64,000 nucleotides of DNA from Dehalococcoidia bacterium (GTDB taxonomy: Bacteria; Chloroflexota; Dehalococcoidia; Lucifugimonadales; UBA3495). This document shows positions 17,369 to 27,341 of this stretch, in pieces. The notes under the pieces are model-generated. The model was not told the origin of the DNA. It did no database searches and worked only from the letters and a program-made list of their open reading frames with translations. Both the position numbers and the translations under genes were made by a program. Numbering within the stretch: position 1 is the first letter of the stretch; each line of letters opens with the position of its first letter. Where the stretch lies: NCBI GenBank assembly GCA_965204865.1, contig OZ242027.1, positions 3,011,986-3,075,985 on the forward strand. Reading direction: 5' to 3'.

Positions 17369-18538
17369 CTACCACCCCGGCGCGCCCGGCGGCAGGCCCA
17401 GCGCAACCCGCCCGCCCTGCTCGAAGTTGGCGGGCAGTCCCGCGGCGTGCATCATCGCTGCGTTGACGTCGCGGAAGTAGCGTTCCAGCAGATTGCCGCG
17501 GCGGACTGCATTGGTGCCGGAGGCATGGTAAAGCATATCTATGGCCCTGGCTGCCTCGTGGACGCCGTGAGTGGTGGCAAGCCTGCTTTGCAGTATCTCG
17601 CTCGTAAGGTCCGCCTTGCCCGATTGCGCCGCGTTCCACAACTCGCCCGCCGCGTCCAGCACGTAGACCCTGGCACCACTGATGATGCCCTCGGCCCGGC
17701 CTACCGCCAGTTGTACCGGCCCCCGATCGCGGAGCAGCGCCGGGTTCATCGTGGTAGCCTTTGCCCCGGCCAGCTCCAGGAAGGCATCCATAGCACCCCG
17801 GGCCATCCCCAGGGCGTTGGCCGCCAAGAGCGTAAAGGCGGTGGCCAGAGCAGCGCGGGCGTTGAACAGCGGGGCGGCGTTCATGGACTCCGACGCCAGC
17901 GCGAAGGTGCGTTCCGCCGGAACGAACAGGCCGGTCACTGAAACGTCGTTGCTGCCAGTGCCGCGCAGCCCGATGACCGACCAGTTGTCGTGGATGGTGG
18001 CCGCCCCGGCCGGGAGCGACATCATCCGCAGTTCGGGCAGGCCGTCGCTGTTGTAACGCGGCCCGTTCTCGTCGGTCACCACGCAGTTGAAGAACAGCCA
18101 GTTGGCGTGCAGGCACCCGCTGGCGAAGTCCCAGCGGCCATTGATTTCATAACCGCCATCGGATATTCGGGCCGTTCCCTCCGGTCGGAAGGAACCCGCT
18201 CCCCGGAGCGAGGGAGGACTTCCGACTATTTTCTGGGCTGTCGCGGCGTCCATCCAGCCCATGTACAAGGAGATGGAGCCAGCGATTAGGCAGCACCAAC
18301 CCACCGAGCCGTCGGCGATGGACAGTTGCTCCACGGCCCGGAAGGCGGTCAGCGGGTCGGTTTCCGGGCCGCCCAAGGACTTTGGCGTATACATATGGAA
18401 CAGCCCGGCCCGGTCCATCTGTTCGATGATGTCCGGGGGCAGCCGCCGGGATTCCTCGATTTCATCCCGCGCCGCAACTATTTGTGGCCGCAGCGCCTTT
18501 GCTGCGGCCACCATGTCCTGTTTGGATGCGGTCGTCAT
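17369..18538 (-). CDS. acyl-CoA dehydrogenase family protein
   Basis: 389 aa with typical ACAD N/middle/C-domain spacing and a C-terminal RYFRD motif. Confidence 0.8.
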   Translation of the reverse strand: MTTASKQDMVAAAKALRPQIVAARDEIEESRRLPPDIIEQMDRAGLFHMYTPKSLGGPETDPLTAFRAVEQLSIADGSVGWCCLIAGSISLYMGWMDAATAQKIVGSPPSLRGAGSFRPEGTARISDGGYEINGRWDFASGCLHANWLFFNCVVTDENGPRYNSDGLPELRMMSLPAGAATIHDNWSVIGLRGTGSNDVSVTGLFVPAERTFALASESMNAAPLFNARAALATAFTLLAANALGMARGAMDAFLELAGAKATTMNPALLRDRGPVQLAVGRAEGIISGARVYVLDAAGELWNAAQSGKADLTSEILQSRLATTHGVHEAARAIDMLYHASGTNAVRRGNLLERYFRDVNAAMMHAAGLPANFEQGGRVALGLPPGAPGW

Positions 18539-18592
18539 TTGTACGCCCTCACCCTGACCCTCTCCCAGAGGGAGAGGGGATTTCTTAATGGA

Positions 18593-19576
18593 CTAGACGG
18601 AGGTGCAGGCAATGGCCTTGACGTTGGCGGCCATCCCCGGAAGGTCGTGGCCCTGCCAGGTGGCCCCGCCGTCGTGGGTGCCGAACACCTGCCCCTTGCG
18701 GGTGCAGAAGTAGACCGTCTGCGGGTCGCGCTCGTTGACCGCGATACCGAAGGTGGTGCTGGCTGGCTCCACGCCCTGGTCGAACCGGCTCCAGGTCTCG
18801 CCGGCGTCGGTGGAGCGCAGCACGCCGCCCTCCTCGCTGCCGAAGTTCAGGCCCACGCAGGCGTAGAGGGTGCTGGGGTCGTTGGGCGCGACCTCAACGC
18901 CGCGGGAGTAGCGGATGTTGGAGAAGTTCTCGAACTGGAGGTCGTCCCAGCTCTGCCCCCGGTCGCGGGTGCGCCAGACGCCGGTGCGGTTGGAGATGAA
19001 CACCTGCTCGCTGGCTCCCACGGTGACGCCGTGCAGGTCCATCAGGTCAACGTCGCCGTCGAAGACGCTGTTGACGATGGTCCAGGTCTTGCCGCCATCG
19101 GAGCTGTGGGCGGCTCCGCCCACTTCTAGTGCCGCGTACATCTGGTTGGTGTCGCTGCTCTCGATGCCGATGCCCAGGATGCGCGTAGCGAAGGCCATCT
19201 GCACGGCGTCGGGGTTGGCGACGGTGGACACGTACTCCCACTTCTCGCCGCTGTCGGTGCTCTTGAAGATCTCGGCGCCCTCGGTGCCGGCGAACATGAT
19301 GTTGGGGTCATGAGGATGGAACTTGATGGACCAGACGATGCGGCCCTCGGTCATGTTCATGCGCTCAAAGCTGTCACCGCCATCCTTGGAGCGGTAGATG
19401 CCGCGCTGGGTGCCCACGAAGATGGTCTGTGAGTCGTTGGGATGCACCACAATCTCGCGCACCTGCGGGGAGGGCGGCATACCCTTGGCCAGCTTTTCCC
19501 ATCGGGTATCGTTGGCTTCCTTGCGGTACAGCCCGTCGGCCTCGGCGCCGACGTAAATCAAAGTCCTGCCTGCCAT
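18593..19576 (-). CDS. BNR/Asp-box repeat beta-propeller protein
   Basis: Six S/T-x-D-x-G-x-[ST]-[WF] Asp-boxes (SKDGGDSF, STDSGEKW, SSDGGKTW, TRDRGQSW, STDAGETW, THDGGATW). Start at MAGRTL after GGAGGAG. Confidence 0.8.
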   Translation of the reverse strand: MAGRTLIYVGAEADGLYRKEANDTRWEKLAKGMPPSPQVREIVVHPNDSQTIFVGTQRGIYRSKDGGDSFERMNMTEGRIVWSIKFHPHDPNIMFAGTEGAEIFKSTDSGEKWEYVSTVANPDAVQMAFATRILGIGIESSDTNQMYAALEVGGAAHSSDGGKTWTIVNSVFDGDVDLMDLHGVTVGASEQVFISNRTGVWRTRDRGQSWDDLQFENFSNIRYSRGVEVAPNDPSTLYACVGLNFGSEEGGVLRSTDAGETWSRFDQGVEPASTTFGIAVNERDPQTVYFCTRKGQVFGTHDGGATWQGHDLPGMAANVKAIACTSV

Positions 19577-19749
19577 AACGCTCTCCTCCATACCTGTCAT
19601 TCTGTCTGGTTATGTCCCAATTTCAGCAGACACGCCTGTTATTGTCAATTCCAGGCTGACTTACGCAACAAACTCATGCTCCCTCTCCCTCAAGGAAGAG
19701 GGTTAGGCTGAGGGTGAAATCGTTCAGAACAACGGCCCTTGACGAAGTT

Positions 19750-20436
19750 TCACCCCTCCCGCGCCAGCGTCAGCGCGTGAACCCTGACCGCTCCGGCGGC
19801 TTTCAGAGCCGTCGCGCACTCCGACAACGTGCTGCCGGTGGTCGCCACGTCGTCAATCAGCAGCGCGGTCAAGCCAGTAGCGTCGGCCCGGCACTCGAAG
19901 TCGTTGGCCACGTTCTCGCGCCGCTCCTGCTGTGATTGCGTTTCCACCTGTGGACGGGGATTCCTGACGCGGATGAGCAGGTCTTCCCGCACCGGCAGGT
20001 TCAAGCGCTTGCCAATCTCGCGGGCGAGCAGCGCCGACTGGTTGTAGCCCCGGCTGCGCAGGCGTCGTGGGTGGAGCGGCGCGGGAACCAGCACGTCCGC
20101 AGGTGCTGGGTTGCGCCCCAGATATTCCGCCATCAAGCCGGCCAGCGGCCCGGCCGCCGCTCGCTCGCCCTTGTACTTCAGCCGGTGTGTCGCATCCCGC
20201 ACCGGCCCATCGAAGAGGAAGGGCGAGCGCAACCAGTCGAAGCCCCGCGGGGACTGGCTGCACCAGTGGCAGAGGCCGCCGACGCCAGGGGCGGCACAGA
20301 CACGGCAGTAGGGCTGAGTCAGCTTGTCCAGCCCGTCAACGCACCTGGCGCAGACGACGCCGCCCTCACGCCCGCAGCCGGCGCAGTGGATGGGGAACAC
20401 GAGGTCAAGGGCAGAACAGACGAGCTTGGACAGCAA
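19750..20436 (-). CDS. ComF family phosphoribosyltransferase-domain protein
   Basis: N-terminal double CxxC zinc finger (HCAGCG...CARC...CRVC) and a C-terminal LLIDDVATTGST PRTase motif. TTG start. Confidence 0.8.
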   Translation of the reverse strand: MLSKLVCSALDLVFPIHCAGCGREGGVVCARCVDGLDKLTQPYCRVCAAPGVGGLCHWCSQSPRGFDWLRSPFLFDGPVRDATHRLKYKGERAAAGPLAGLMAEYLGRNPAPADVLVPAPLHPRRLRSRGYNQSALLAREIGKRLNLPVREDLLIRVRNPRPQVETQSQQERRENVANDFECRADATGLTALLIDDVATTGSTLSECATALKAAGAVRVHALTLAREG

Positions 20437-20477
20437 GGTGGTTACGCCCTCACCCCTTCGACAGGCTCAGGACAGGC

Positions 20478-20990
20478 CTAACCTTCCCCCGGAAGGAGAG
20501 AGAATTTGGCTTGCCAGCGGGCCAGAATCTCGGTGTCGCGGCTGAAGGCCAGTTCCGGCGGCGCGTCGGGCGGGAAGAACGCAGCTTCCAGGGCCTCCGG
20601 CCCCGGGGCCAGCTCACCCCCAGTCTCTCGAGCAGTGAAGGCGGCTACGATAACTGGGTCGCCGGGGAGGGAGAACAGCCCGAGCAAGCCTTCTACCGTC
20701 ACTTCCAGGCCAGTTTCCTCCCAAGCCTCACGGGCTGCTGCCGACTCCACCACCTCACCCCGGTCTACGAACCCGCCCGGCAGGCTCCAGAGACCATAGC
20801 CCGAATCGGTGCCGCGCCGGATCATCAGCACCTTGCCGTCGCGCTCCACAACACAGACAGCCGCAACCTTCGGGTCGTAGAACACAACTCGCCCGCACTT
20901 TGGGCAGACGGGCCGCTCCACGCCGAAGACCTTCCGCCGCTCCAACGGTGTGGCGCAGGATGAACAGTATTTGTCGGGTGACGTAGTCAA
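20478..20990 (-). CDS. NUDIX hydrolase with N-terminal zinc ribbon
   Basis: Nudix box GGFVDRGEVVESAAAREAWEETGL. CSSC...CPKC ribbon. The start is placed at TTG 20990 (AAGGA upstream) because the longer ORF reads through a repeat element. Confidence 0.7.
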   Translation of the reverse strand: MTTSPDKYCSSCATPLERRKVFGVERPVCPKCGRVVFYDPKVAAVCVVERDGKVLMIRRGTDSGYGLWSLPGGFVDRGEVVESAAAREAWEETGLEVTVEGLLGLFSLPGDPVIVAAFTARETGGELAPGPEALEAAFFPPDAPPELAFSRDTEILARWQAKFSLLPGEG

Positions 20991-21119
20991 TCTTTTCCTT
21001 GGCCTTTCATCCTCACCCCAACCCTCTCCCTTGAAGGAGAGGGGGTTTTCCCTTAGGGCCGTAGCTATAATGATGTTTGCTATGTCTGACTTCGAGAAAT
21101 CCGCCGCCGCGAGCCGGAT

Positions 21120-21701
21120 ATGAAGCTGCCCAGCTGGCTGGGGCACCCTTACACCCACGCAGCGGCGCTGCTGTTGTCGCTGCTGGCGGCGGTGGCGGTC
21201 GTCGCGTTCATGGTAGGCACGCTGGAGTATACCAAGATGCGGGGACGACTGCTGCTAAGCGCCCTGCTGATGGCAGGCTACTTCCTGACCACTTTGATAG
21301 CCACCGGGGCGCCGAAAGACGGGGCGATGCGCTGGCTCTTTGCCGCAATCTTCGGCTGGGCAACTTTGGCCCTGCTTCTCTTGTTGTTTGGTCTGTGGGC
21401 GACTCCCGACTCCAACGAGTTCTGGAAGTCTGCCGCCGGGATTACTTTCGTGGCGTTTGGGATGTCCTTTGCTGGGCTGGCGCTCGGCCTCGGTTCGGGC
21501 ATAAGGTCGGCCAGAATTCTGGCATGGCTTTCCGCAATCCTAGCGGCACTGATGACTGTGATGACCGTGCTGGGGATTGCGTTTGAAATCGGGGCCACGC
21601 CCTACTGGTGGGGCTTCGTGCTGCCGGTAATGTGTTGGTTGGGCGCAAGCGTCGCGCTCATGGCCTTGCGATTCTGGCGGAGGCGAAATGCCGACGGGTA
21701 A
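21120..21701 (+). CDS. hypothetical integral membrane protein
   Basis: 193 aa with about 6 hydrophobic helices. Confidence 0.55.
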   Translation: MKLPSWLGHPYTHAAALLLSLLAAVAVVAFMVGTLEYTKMRGRLLLSALLMAGYFLTTLIATGAPKDGAMRWLFAAIFGWATLALLLLLFGLWATPDSNEFWKSAAGITFVAFGMSFAGLALGLGSGIRSARILAWLSAILAALMTVMTVLGIAFEIGATPYWWGFVLPVMCWLGASVALMALRFWRRRNADG

Positions 21702-21707
21702 CTCGCC

Positions 21708-22640
21708 CTATCCCGACGCCAGCAGCGCGTCCACCGCCGCCCGCGTCGGCATCGAGTCCTGCGCCCCAGTGGTGGTTACCGCCAACGCTCCGGCGGCACA
21801 GGCGACGCGCACCGCGTCGGACATAAGCATCCCCTCGGCCAGGCAGACGGCCAGCGTGCCATTGAAGGCGTCCCCGGCGGCCACCGTGTCCACTGCACGA
21901 ACGGAGAAGGCAGGTTGAAACCCCGATGCTTCCGCCGACACGTAGAAGGCTCCCTGAGCTCCCAGCTTGACCACGGCGGCCTCGGCCCCACGGGATATTA
22001 TGGCCTCCGCCGCCCTGGCTGCCGTATCCTGGTTGTTGACTGGGAAGCCCACTATGGCTTCGGCCTCAGTCTCGTTTGGGGTAACGATGTTGCAATAGTG
22101 CAGCAGGGCAGGCGGCATGGCGCGAACGGGGCCTGGGTCCAGGATAACCGTCTTGCCTGTGCCCCGCGCCTCCCGCGCTGCGGACAGTGATACTTCCATA
22201 GGAACTTCAAGTTGCAGCATCAACGTGTGTGCGCCCAGCAGGGCTGCGGCCACGGCACTGGCCTGCTCTGCTCCGCAGGTGGAGTTTGCGCCCAACACCT
22301 GGATGATGCGGTTCTGGCCGGTACGGTCTATGCAGATGGAGGCTATGCCCGACGATTCCCCCGGCGTAACAGACACCCAGGACACGTCGATTCCCTCGGA
22401 GCGCAGACCGTCCACCAGTTGCGGGCCGAAGATGTCGTCGCCGACGCGGCCCACCATCGCCGTCCGTGCCCCCATCCTAGCCACCGCGACGGCCTGGTTG
22501 GCCCCCTTGCCGCCGGCGTAGGTGAGGAACCGGTCGCCAGCGATAGTTTCTCCGGTTCCGGGGAACCGGTCAGAGTAAGTCACCAAGTCCATGTTGATGC
22601 CGCCCAGCACCACCACCCCCGGCGCTCTGCCCAAGCTCAT
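21708..22640 (-). CDS. rbsK: ribokinase (PfkB family)
   Basis: GGKGANQAVAVARMG and DTVAAGDAFNGTLA PfkB signatures. 310 aa. Confidence 0.85.
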   Translation of the reverse strand: MSLGRAPGVVVLGGINMDLVTYSDRFPGTGETIAGDRFLTYAGGKGANQAVAVARMGARTAMVGRVGDDIFGPQLVDGLRSEGIDVSWVSVTPGESSGIASICIDRTGQNRIIQVLGANSTCGAEQASAVAAALLGAHTLMLQLEVPMEVSLSAAREARGTGKTVILDPGPVRAMPPALLHYCNIVTPNETEAEAIVGFPVNNQDTAARAAEAIISRGAEAAVVKLGAQGAFYVSAEASGFQPAFSVRAVDTVAAGDAFNGTLAVCLAEGMLMSDAVRVACAAGALAVTTTGAQDSMPTRAAVDALLASG

Positions 22641-22714
22641 AATCCCCTCCCCTCACAGTCCATCCCAATATACGGTGAATGGACTTTCAGCCAACCCTAG
22701 CACCCTCCGCAATT

Positions 22715-22754
22715 GCCGGTCAATCACTGTGACCGGCTATCTCCGTGCTATAAT
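22715..22754 (+). promoter_or_regulatory. putative operator (8-bp perfect inverted repeat) plus extended -10 box upstream of the CoA-transferase gene
   Basis: GCCGGTCA-N7-TGACCGGC at 22715..22737, then TGCTATAAT at 22746..22754, about 50 nt before ATG 22805. Confidence 0.35.
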
Positions 22755-22804
22755 CGGCGAGTTGTGAAAAGATTTACAATTACAGTTTACCGGAGAACAT
22801 AGAC

Positions 22805-23998
22805 ATGGCCGCTGCGTTGGACGACATCAAGGTTGTGGACTTGACCCGCACTCTGGCCGGCCCTTTCTGCACCATGCTGCTGGGCGACATGGGGGCCGAC
22901 GTGGTGAAGATTGAGGAGCCCTCGCTAGGAGACGAAATACGCCACTGGACCCCCTTCTGGAACGGCGAAAGCACCCAGTTCGTAACCTTCAATCGCAACA
23001 AGCGCAGCATCACCGTCAACCTCAAAGAGCCGGAGGGCGTGGAGTTGGTGCGCCAGATGGCCGCCGACGCCGACGTGATGATTGAGAGCTTCCGGGCCGG
23101 AACTCTCGAGCGCATGGGCTTGGGATACGACGACATCAGCACGGCGAACCCCGGCATCGTTTACTGCTCCATCTCCGGCTACGGACGCACCGGCCCCATG
23201 GCCGATATGCCGGGCTACGACCTGATAATCCAGGCATACAGCGGCCTGATGCACCTTACCGGCGAACCCGACGGGCTGCCGCAGCGGGTGGGATTCTCGC
23301 TGGTGGACCTCTTCACCGGGATGATGGCTTACGGGACGATATTGACGGCCCTGCGCCAGCGAGACCGCACCGGCAAGGGCCAGTGGGTTGAGGCCGCGCT
23401 CCTGGACGGGCAGGTGGCTGCCCTCAGCTATCACGCCACCCGCTACCTCGGCACTGGAGAAGACCCGGAGCGGATGGGGTCCGGACACCCCAGCCTGGTG
23501 CCGTATCAGAGCTTCGCCTCATCCGACGGCTACTTCATCGTCGGCTGCGCCAACCAGGGGCTGTGGGAAAGGATGTGCCGGGGCATCAGGCGGGATGACC
23601 TGCTGGAGGACCCCCGCTTCGTCACCAACACCGACCGGGTGGCTCACCGGGAAGAGTGCGTCGGAATCCTGATGCAAGAGTTCAAGCACAAGTCCACGGA
23701 GCATTGGGTGAAGGTCATCAATGGGGCGGGAGTGCCGTGCGGGCCGATCAACAAGGTGTCGGAGGTAGTTACCAACCCGCAGGTGCTGGCCAGGAACATG
23801 ATTGCCGAGATGGAGCACCCCAACGTCCCCAAGCTGAAGACCCCCGGCTCGCCGCTGAAGCTCACCGACTCGCCGGCCTTCATCCGCCGGCCGCCGCCCC
23901 TGCTGGGCCAACACAACGACGAAGTATTGAAGGAGCAGGGCTTCACCGCAGAACAGATTGCCGACCTGCGAGAGCGGGGGGTTATTGGCAACAACTAG
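22805..23998 (+). CDS. CaiB/BaiF family (class III) CoA-transferase
   Basis: LDDIKVVDLTRTLAGPFCTMLLGDMGADVVKIE is the family N-terminus. 397 aa. Confidence 0.85.
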   Translation: MAAALDDIKVVDLTRTLAGPFCTMLLGDMGADVVKIEEPSLGDEIRHWTPFWNGESTQFVTFNRNKRSITVNLKEPEGVELVRQMAADADVMIESFRAGTLERMGLGYDDISTANPGIVYCSISGYGRTGPMADMPGYDLIIQAYSGLMHLTGEPDGLPQRVGFSLVDLFTGMMAYGTILTALRQRDRTGKGQWVEAALLDGQVAALSYHATRYLGTGEDPERMGSGHPSLVPYQSFASSDGYFIVGCANQGLWERMCRGIRRDDLLEDPRFVTNTDRVAHREECVGILMQEFKHKSTEHWVKVINGAGVPCGPINKVSEVVTNPQVLARNMIAEMEHPNVPKLKTPGSPLKLTDSPAFIRRPPPLLGQHNDEVLKEQGFTAEQIADLRERGVIGNN

Positions 23999-24050
23999 GC
24001 AAGCCAGTCCGGATAAAGGTATATCGGAAGCATTAGGAGCAGCCCTACCT

Positions 24051-24767
24051 ATGAAGAAACTCCGCCTCATCCACACGTCCGACACCCACCTAGGCGACCC
24101 TGCCGGACACCCCCGGGCCGAGGAGGTGCTGGCGTCGGTAGTGGACGTGGTGGATCGCCTGAACGCCGACGCACTGCTGCTGGCTGGCGATGTGTTCGAC
24201 AACGAGCGAGTTACCGACGATGTGGTGGAGCAGTTCGTGGCACAGATAACGCGGCTGGACGCGCCAGCCATCGTGCTGCCCGGCAACCACGACCTGGCCC
24301 ACAAGACCTCGGTGTACCGCCGCCCGCCCTTCGATGAGGCTCCGTCCAACCTGCGCGTAATTCACAACCCGGAAGGCGAAACCTTGGCCTTCCCTGACCT
24401 GAGACTGGAGCTTTGGGGCCGCGCCATGCTGTCGCACACGCCGGACTTCCGCCCGCTGGCCGGGATGCCGAAGCCGACGGAAGGGCACTGGCTGGTGGCA
24501 CTGGCCCACGGGCATTTCCACTTCGAGAACGACCGGGACCAACGCTCGTCGCCCATCTATCCCGACGACGTCGCCGCATCCAACTGCCACTACCTCGCCC
24601 TGGGTCACTGGGACCGCCATGCCGACGTATCCCGCGCCGACACCACCGCCGTATACTCCGGCTGTCCCTACGGCCCTATCGGCGCGCCGGAGCAGGGCGC
24701 GGTCTGCGTGGTGGAGCTGGACCCGGAGGAGGGGGTGAGCTACCGTCTGGAGCTGCTGGCGGGGTAG
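24051..24767 (+). CDS. metallophosphoesterase (SbcD/Mre11-like calcineurin fold)
   Basis: Trimmed to MKKLRLIHTSDTHLG. Contains GDVFD and LPGNHD motifs. Confidence 0.75.
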   Translation: MKKLRLIHTSDTHLGDPAGHPRAEEVLASVVDVVDRLNADALLLAGDVFDNERVTDDVVEQFVAQITRLDAPAIVLPGNHDLAHKTSVYRRPPFDEAPSNLRVIHNPEGETLAFPDLRLELWGRAMLSHTPDFRPLAGMPKPTEGHWLVALAHGHFHFENDRDQRSSPIYPDDVAASNCHYLALGHWDRHADVSRADTTAVYSGCPYGPIGAPEQGAVCVVELDPEEGVSYRLELLAG

Positions 24768-26246
24768 CTAACGGCCTCCGCCGTTGGGCAGTATGCCTCG
24801 AATTCGCAACTGTGTAATCAAGTGCTCTTGAGTTCGGTCCCCTTTGACCGAGTTGCAGGCTTGGCAAAGCAGTTGCAGGTTGCTGTCAATGTTCTGCCCG
24901 CCGCGTGCTGTGGGGATGATGTGATCGATGGTCATGTTGCGGAAGGGAAATAGAGTCTGGCATCCGTTGCAGATTCCTTCTTGCCTGCCGTATAGGACGT
25001 GTTTTATGTCACGGGAGCGTACTGCCTCGCCGCTGTCCGTTCTCACTGGCACGTCGGTGCGATGGGTGACATTGGCCAGCATACTGGGGCGGTCACCGTT
25101 ACCAACGTGAACCTCGCGTTCCAGCCGATCTCTGACCAGCCGGAAGGCCATCTCGCTGATGTCTATCCCAATCCACTGCCGCCCCAGCTTTTCCGCTGCT
25201 ACGCAGGCCGTGGCACACCCGCAGAACGGGTCGAAAACCACATCGCCCTCAATGGATGATGCGCCAACGATACGCTCCAATAGGCGCAGCGGCTTTTGAG
25301 TGGGATAGCCCGTGCGCTCTCTGGAACGGGCTGATATGGGCCTGATGTCATCCCACAGGTTGGTAGGCACCTGTCCAGGATTGGCAGCCAAGTAGCGCTT
25401 GATTCGAGGCATCCCGTCTGATTCGGAGTACTGGATCATGTTGGCGGCGTCTAAAGCATCCAGCCTGGCGTGTACACCGGTTATTTCCGTATATCCGGGA
25501 ATCACCTGATTGCTAATCCACTCCGCGTATCTTCCTGTACGGGGCACTGCCCAATGGCGATTATTGGAGTTCGGGTCATAAGTGCGCCAAGGAAGTCCTG
25601 TTTCCCCCTGCCTAGGACCAGCCCCGGTTAAATCACCAACCTGATACTGTCCCCTTGCGTCCGAGTGCCGGTAGAAAGACTCAACGTACTCGCGGTCTAA
25701 TGGAACTCGAATTGAATCTGCGTTTATATCGCCGGTACCGTAAACGATGATGCGGTCGCATACATTACCGAAGCGCCGTGAGTCATTGTGGGCCGAGGTG
25801 CGCCGCCAAGTTATCTCAGTTTGGAACAGTGCAGCACCAAACACCGCGTCCAGTAACATTTTCAGGTAGTGGCTGGCCGTCTGATCGCAATGCAGATACA
25901 GGGTGCCGCCAGGTTTGAGTATCCGTTGCATTTCCAGCAGGCGGATAGCCATATAGGTGAGGTATGCCTTGGTGCTTCTGCTTGCGACGGTTCCAGTGGC
26001 GTTGAGCATCTCGTGGACGCCTGGATGCTCGTCCGCGATTTGGCCGATCCACGCCTCATCTAAGTCGCTCAGCGTCCAAGTATCCTTGAACGCCGCGCCC
26101 GCCGCCTCACTGCCAATGGGGGCAGCGTAGTTGGTGTTGGAATTAAAAGGCGGATCAAGATAAATGAGGTCAATGGACTCACTGTCCATTCCCCGCATAA
26201 CTTCCAGATTGTCGCGGGTGAATATGGTGCGGTTGGCGATTTGCAT
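24768..26246 (-). CDS. DNA N4/N6-methyltransferase fused to a C-terminal HNH endonuclease domain
   Basis: Motif IV LIYLDPPFNS precedes motif I VVFDPFCGCATA (beta-class order). The C-terminus CNGC...HIIPTARGGQNIDSNLQLLCQACNSVKGDR is an HNH domain. Visibly lower GC than neighbours. Confidence 0.85.
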   Translation of the reverse strand: MQIANRTIFTRDNLEVMRGMDSESIDLIYLDPPFNSNTNYAAPIGSEAAGAAFKDTWTLSDLDEAWIGQIADEHPGVHEMLNATGTVASRSTKAYLTYMAIRLLEMQRILKPGGTLYLHCDQTASHYLKMLLDAVFGAALFQTEITWRRTSAHNDSRRFGNVCDRIIVYGTGDINADSIRVPLDREYVESFYRHSDARGQYQVGDLTGAGPRQGETGLPWRTYDPNSNNRHWAVPRTGRYAEWISNQVIPGYTEITGVHARLDALDAANMIQYSESDGMPRIKRYLAANPGQVPTNLWDDIRPISARSRERTGYPTQKPLRLLERIVGASSIEGDVVFDPFCGCATACVAAEKLGRQWIGIDISEMAFRLVRDRLEREVHVGNGDRPSMLANVTHRTDVPVRTDSGEAVRSRDIKHVLYGRQEGICNGCQTLFPFRNMTIDHIIPTARGGQNIDSNLQLLCQACNSVKGDRTQEHLITQLRIRGILPNGGGR

Positions 26247-26366
26247 GGGAGTTCCATCCGGGTCGAGTTGGCTATCGGCGTCCCCACCAGCGCATTATAC
26301 TTGGGTCATAAGAAGTCGTCTTTGCCTTGCTGTCAGTCACTATCACTGTTTTTGGAGGAGACTACT

Positions 26367-27248
26367 ATGAAACGGCTCACCCGCGACCACAAGATATATG
26401 TCCTCGACCCGGCCAATCCGCCGGCCATCACTATTGATTCCGGCGAGGAGCTGACTATCGAGACGTGGGATGCCTTTGAGGGCATCCGCGATCCGCAGGC
26501 GCTGGACGAGAAGCAGCTCAAGGGCCCGGCCATTGGGCCTATCTATGTGAACGGCGCGGAGCCGGGGGATGCCCTGCGCGTGGACTTCATCAGCGTCACG
26601 CCCCGGGCCGACGAGGGAGCGGCGCACATGGTGTCGCCGGGGCGCGGGTTCCTAGAGCAGGAGTTCGACCGGGCCTATCCCACGGTGATGACCATTGCGG
26701 ACGGCCATGTGGTGCTGCCCAGCGGTATCAAATTGCCGCTGAACCCGTCCATGGGCCTGGTTGCCACCACGCCCACCTATCCGCAGCAGACGGCCAGCGA
26801 CAGCGGGCCATACGGCGGCGACATTGACATCAAGGAGCTGGTGGAGGGCAGCACGCTGTGGCTGCCGGTGTTCGTGGAGGGCGGTCTGTTGGCCATGGGC
26901 GACTGCCACGCCGTGGTGGGCGACGGCGCGGTGGGCGGCACCGGCGCCGAGTGCGCCGCTGACAGCCACATCCGCGTCACCGTCGAGAAGGGCATGGGCA
27001 TCGAATGCCCCCAAGCCATGACGCCCGACTACTTCGTGGTGCTGTACTACGGCGAAGAGCTGGGTCCGGCCATGAAGGGCGCCGTCCGCGCGATAGTTGA
27101 CTTCCTGGTGCGCGAGAAGGGCATGGAACCCTACGACGCCTACACCCTCCTGAGCCTGGCTGGCGACGTGCGGATGTCCCGCACCTTCCGCCCCATCAGC
27201 CCGGTGAAGATGATGCTGGCCCGCCAGGCGCTGGAGCAGTTGGGGTAG
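26367..27248 (+). CDS. acetamidase/formamidase family protein
   Basis: Trimmed to MKRLTRDHKIY after GGAGGAG. Contains GPIYVNGAEPGD and MGDCHAVVGDGA family motifs. Confidence 0.8.
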   Translation: MKRLTRDHKIYVLDPANPPAITIDSGEELTIETWDAFEGIRDPQALDEKQLKGPAIGPIYVNGAEPGDALRVDFISVTPRADEGAAHMVSPGRGFLEQEFDRAYPTVMTIADGHVVLPSGIKLPLNPSMGLVATTPTYPQQTASDSGPYGGDIDIKELVEGSTLWLPVFVEGGLLAMGDCHAVVGDGAVGGTGAECAADSHIRVTVEKGMGIECPQAMTPDYFVVLYYGEELGPAMKGAVRAIVDFLVREKGMEPYDAYTLLSLAGDVRMSRTFRPISPVKMMLARQALEQLG

Positions 27249-27341
27249 GAGTTGCACAAGACGAAGCGAAACCCGTCTGTCCTTCGACAAGCTCAGGATG
27301 AACGAATTTCTCTGTGTCCAGCACGTGTGAAATTCCTTTTT

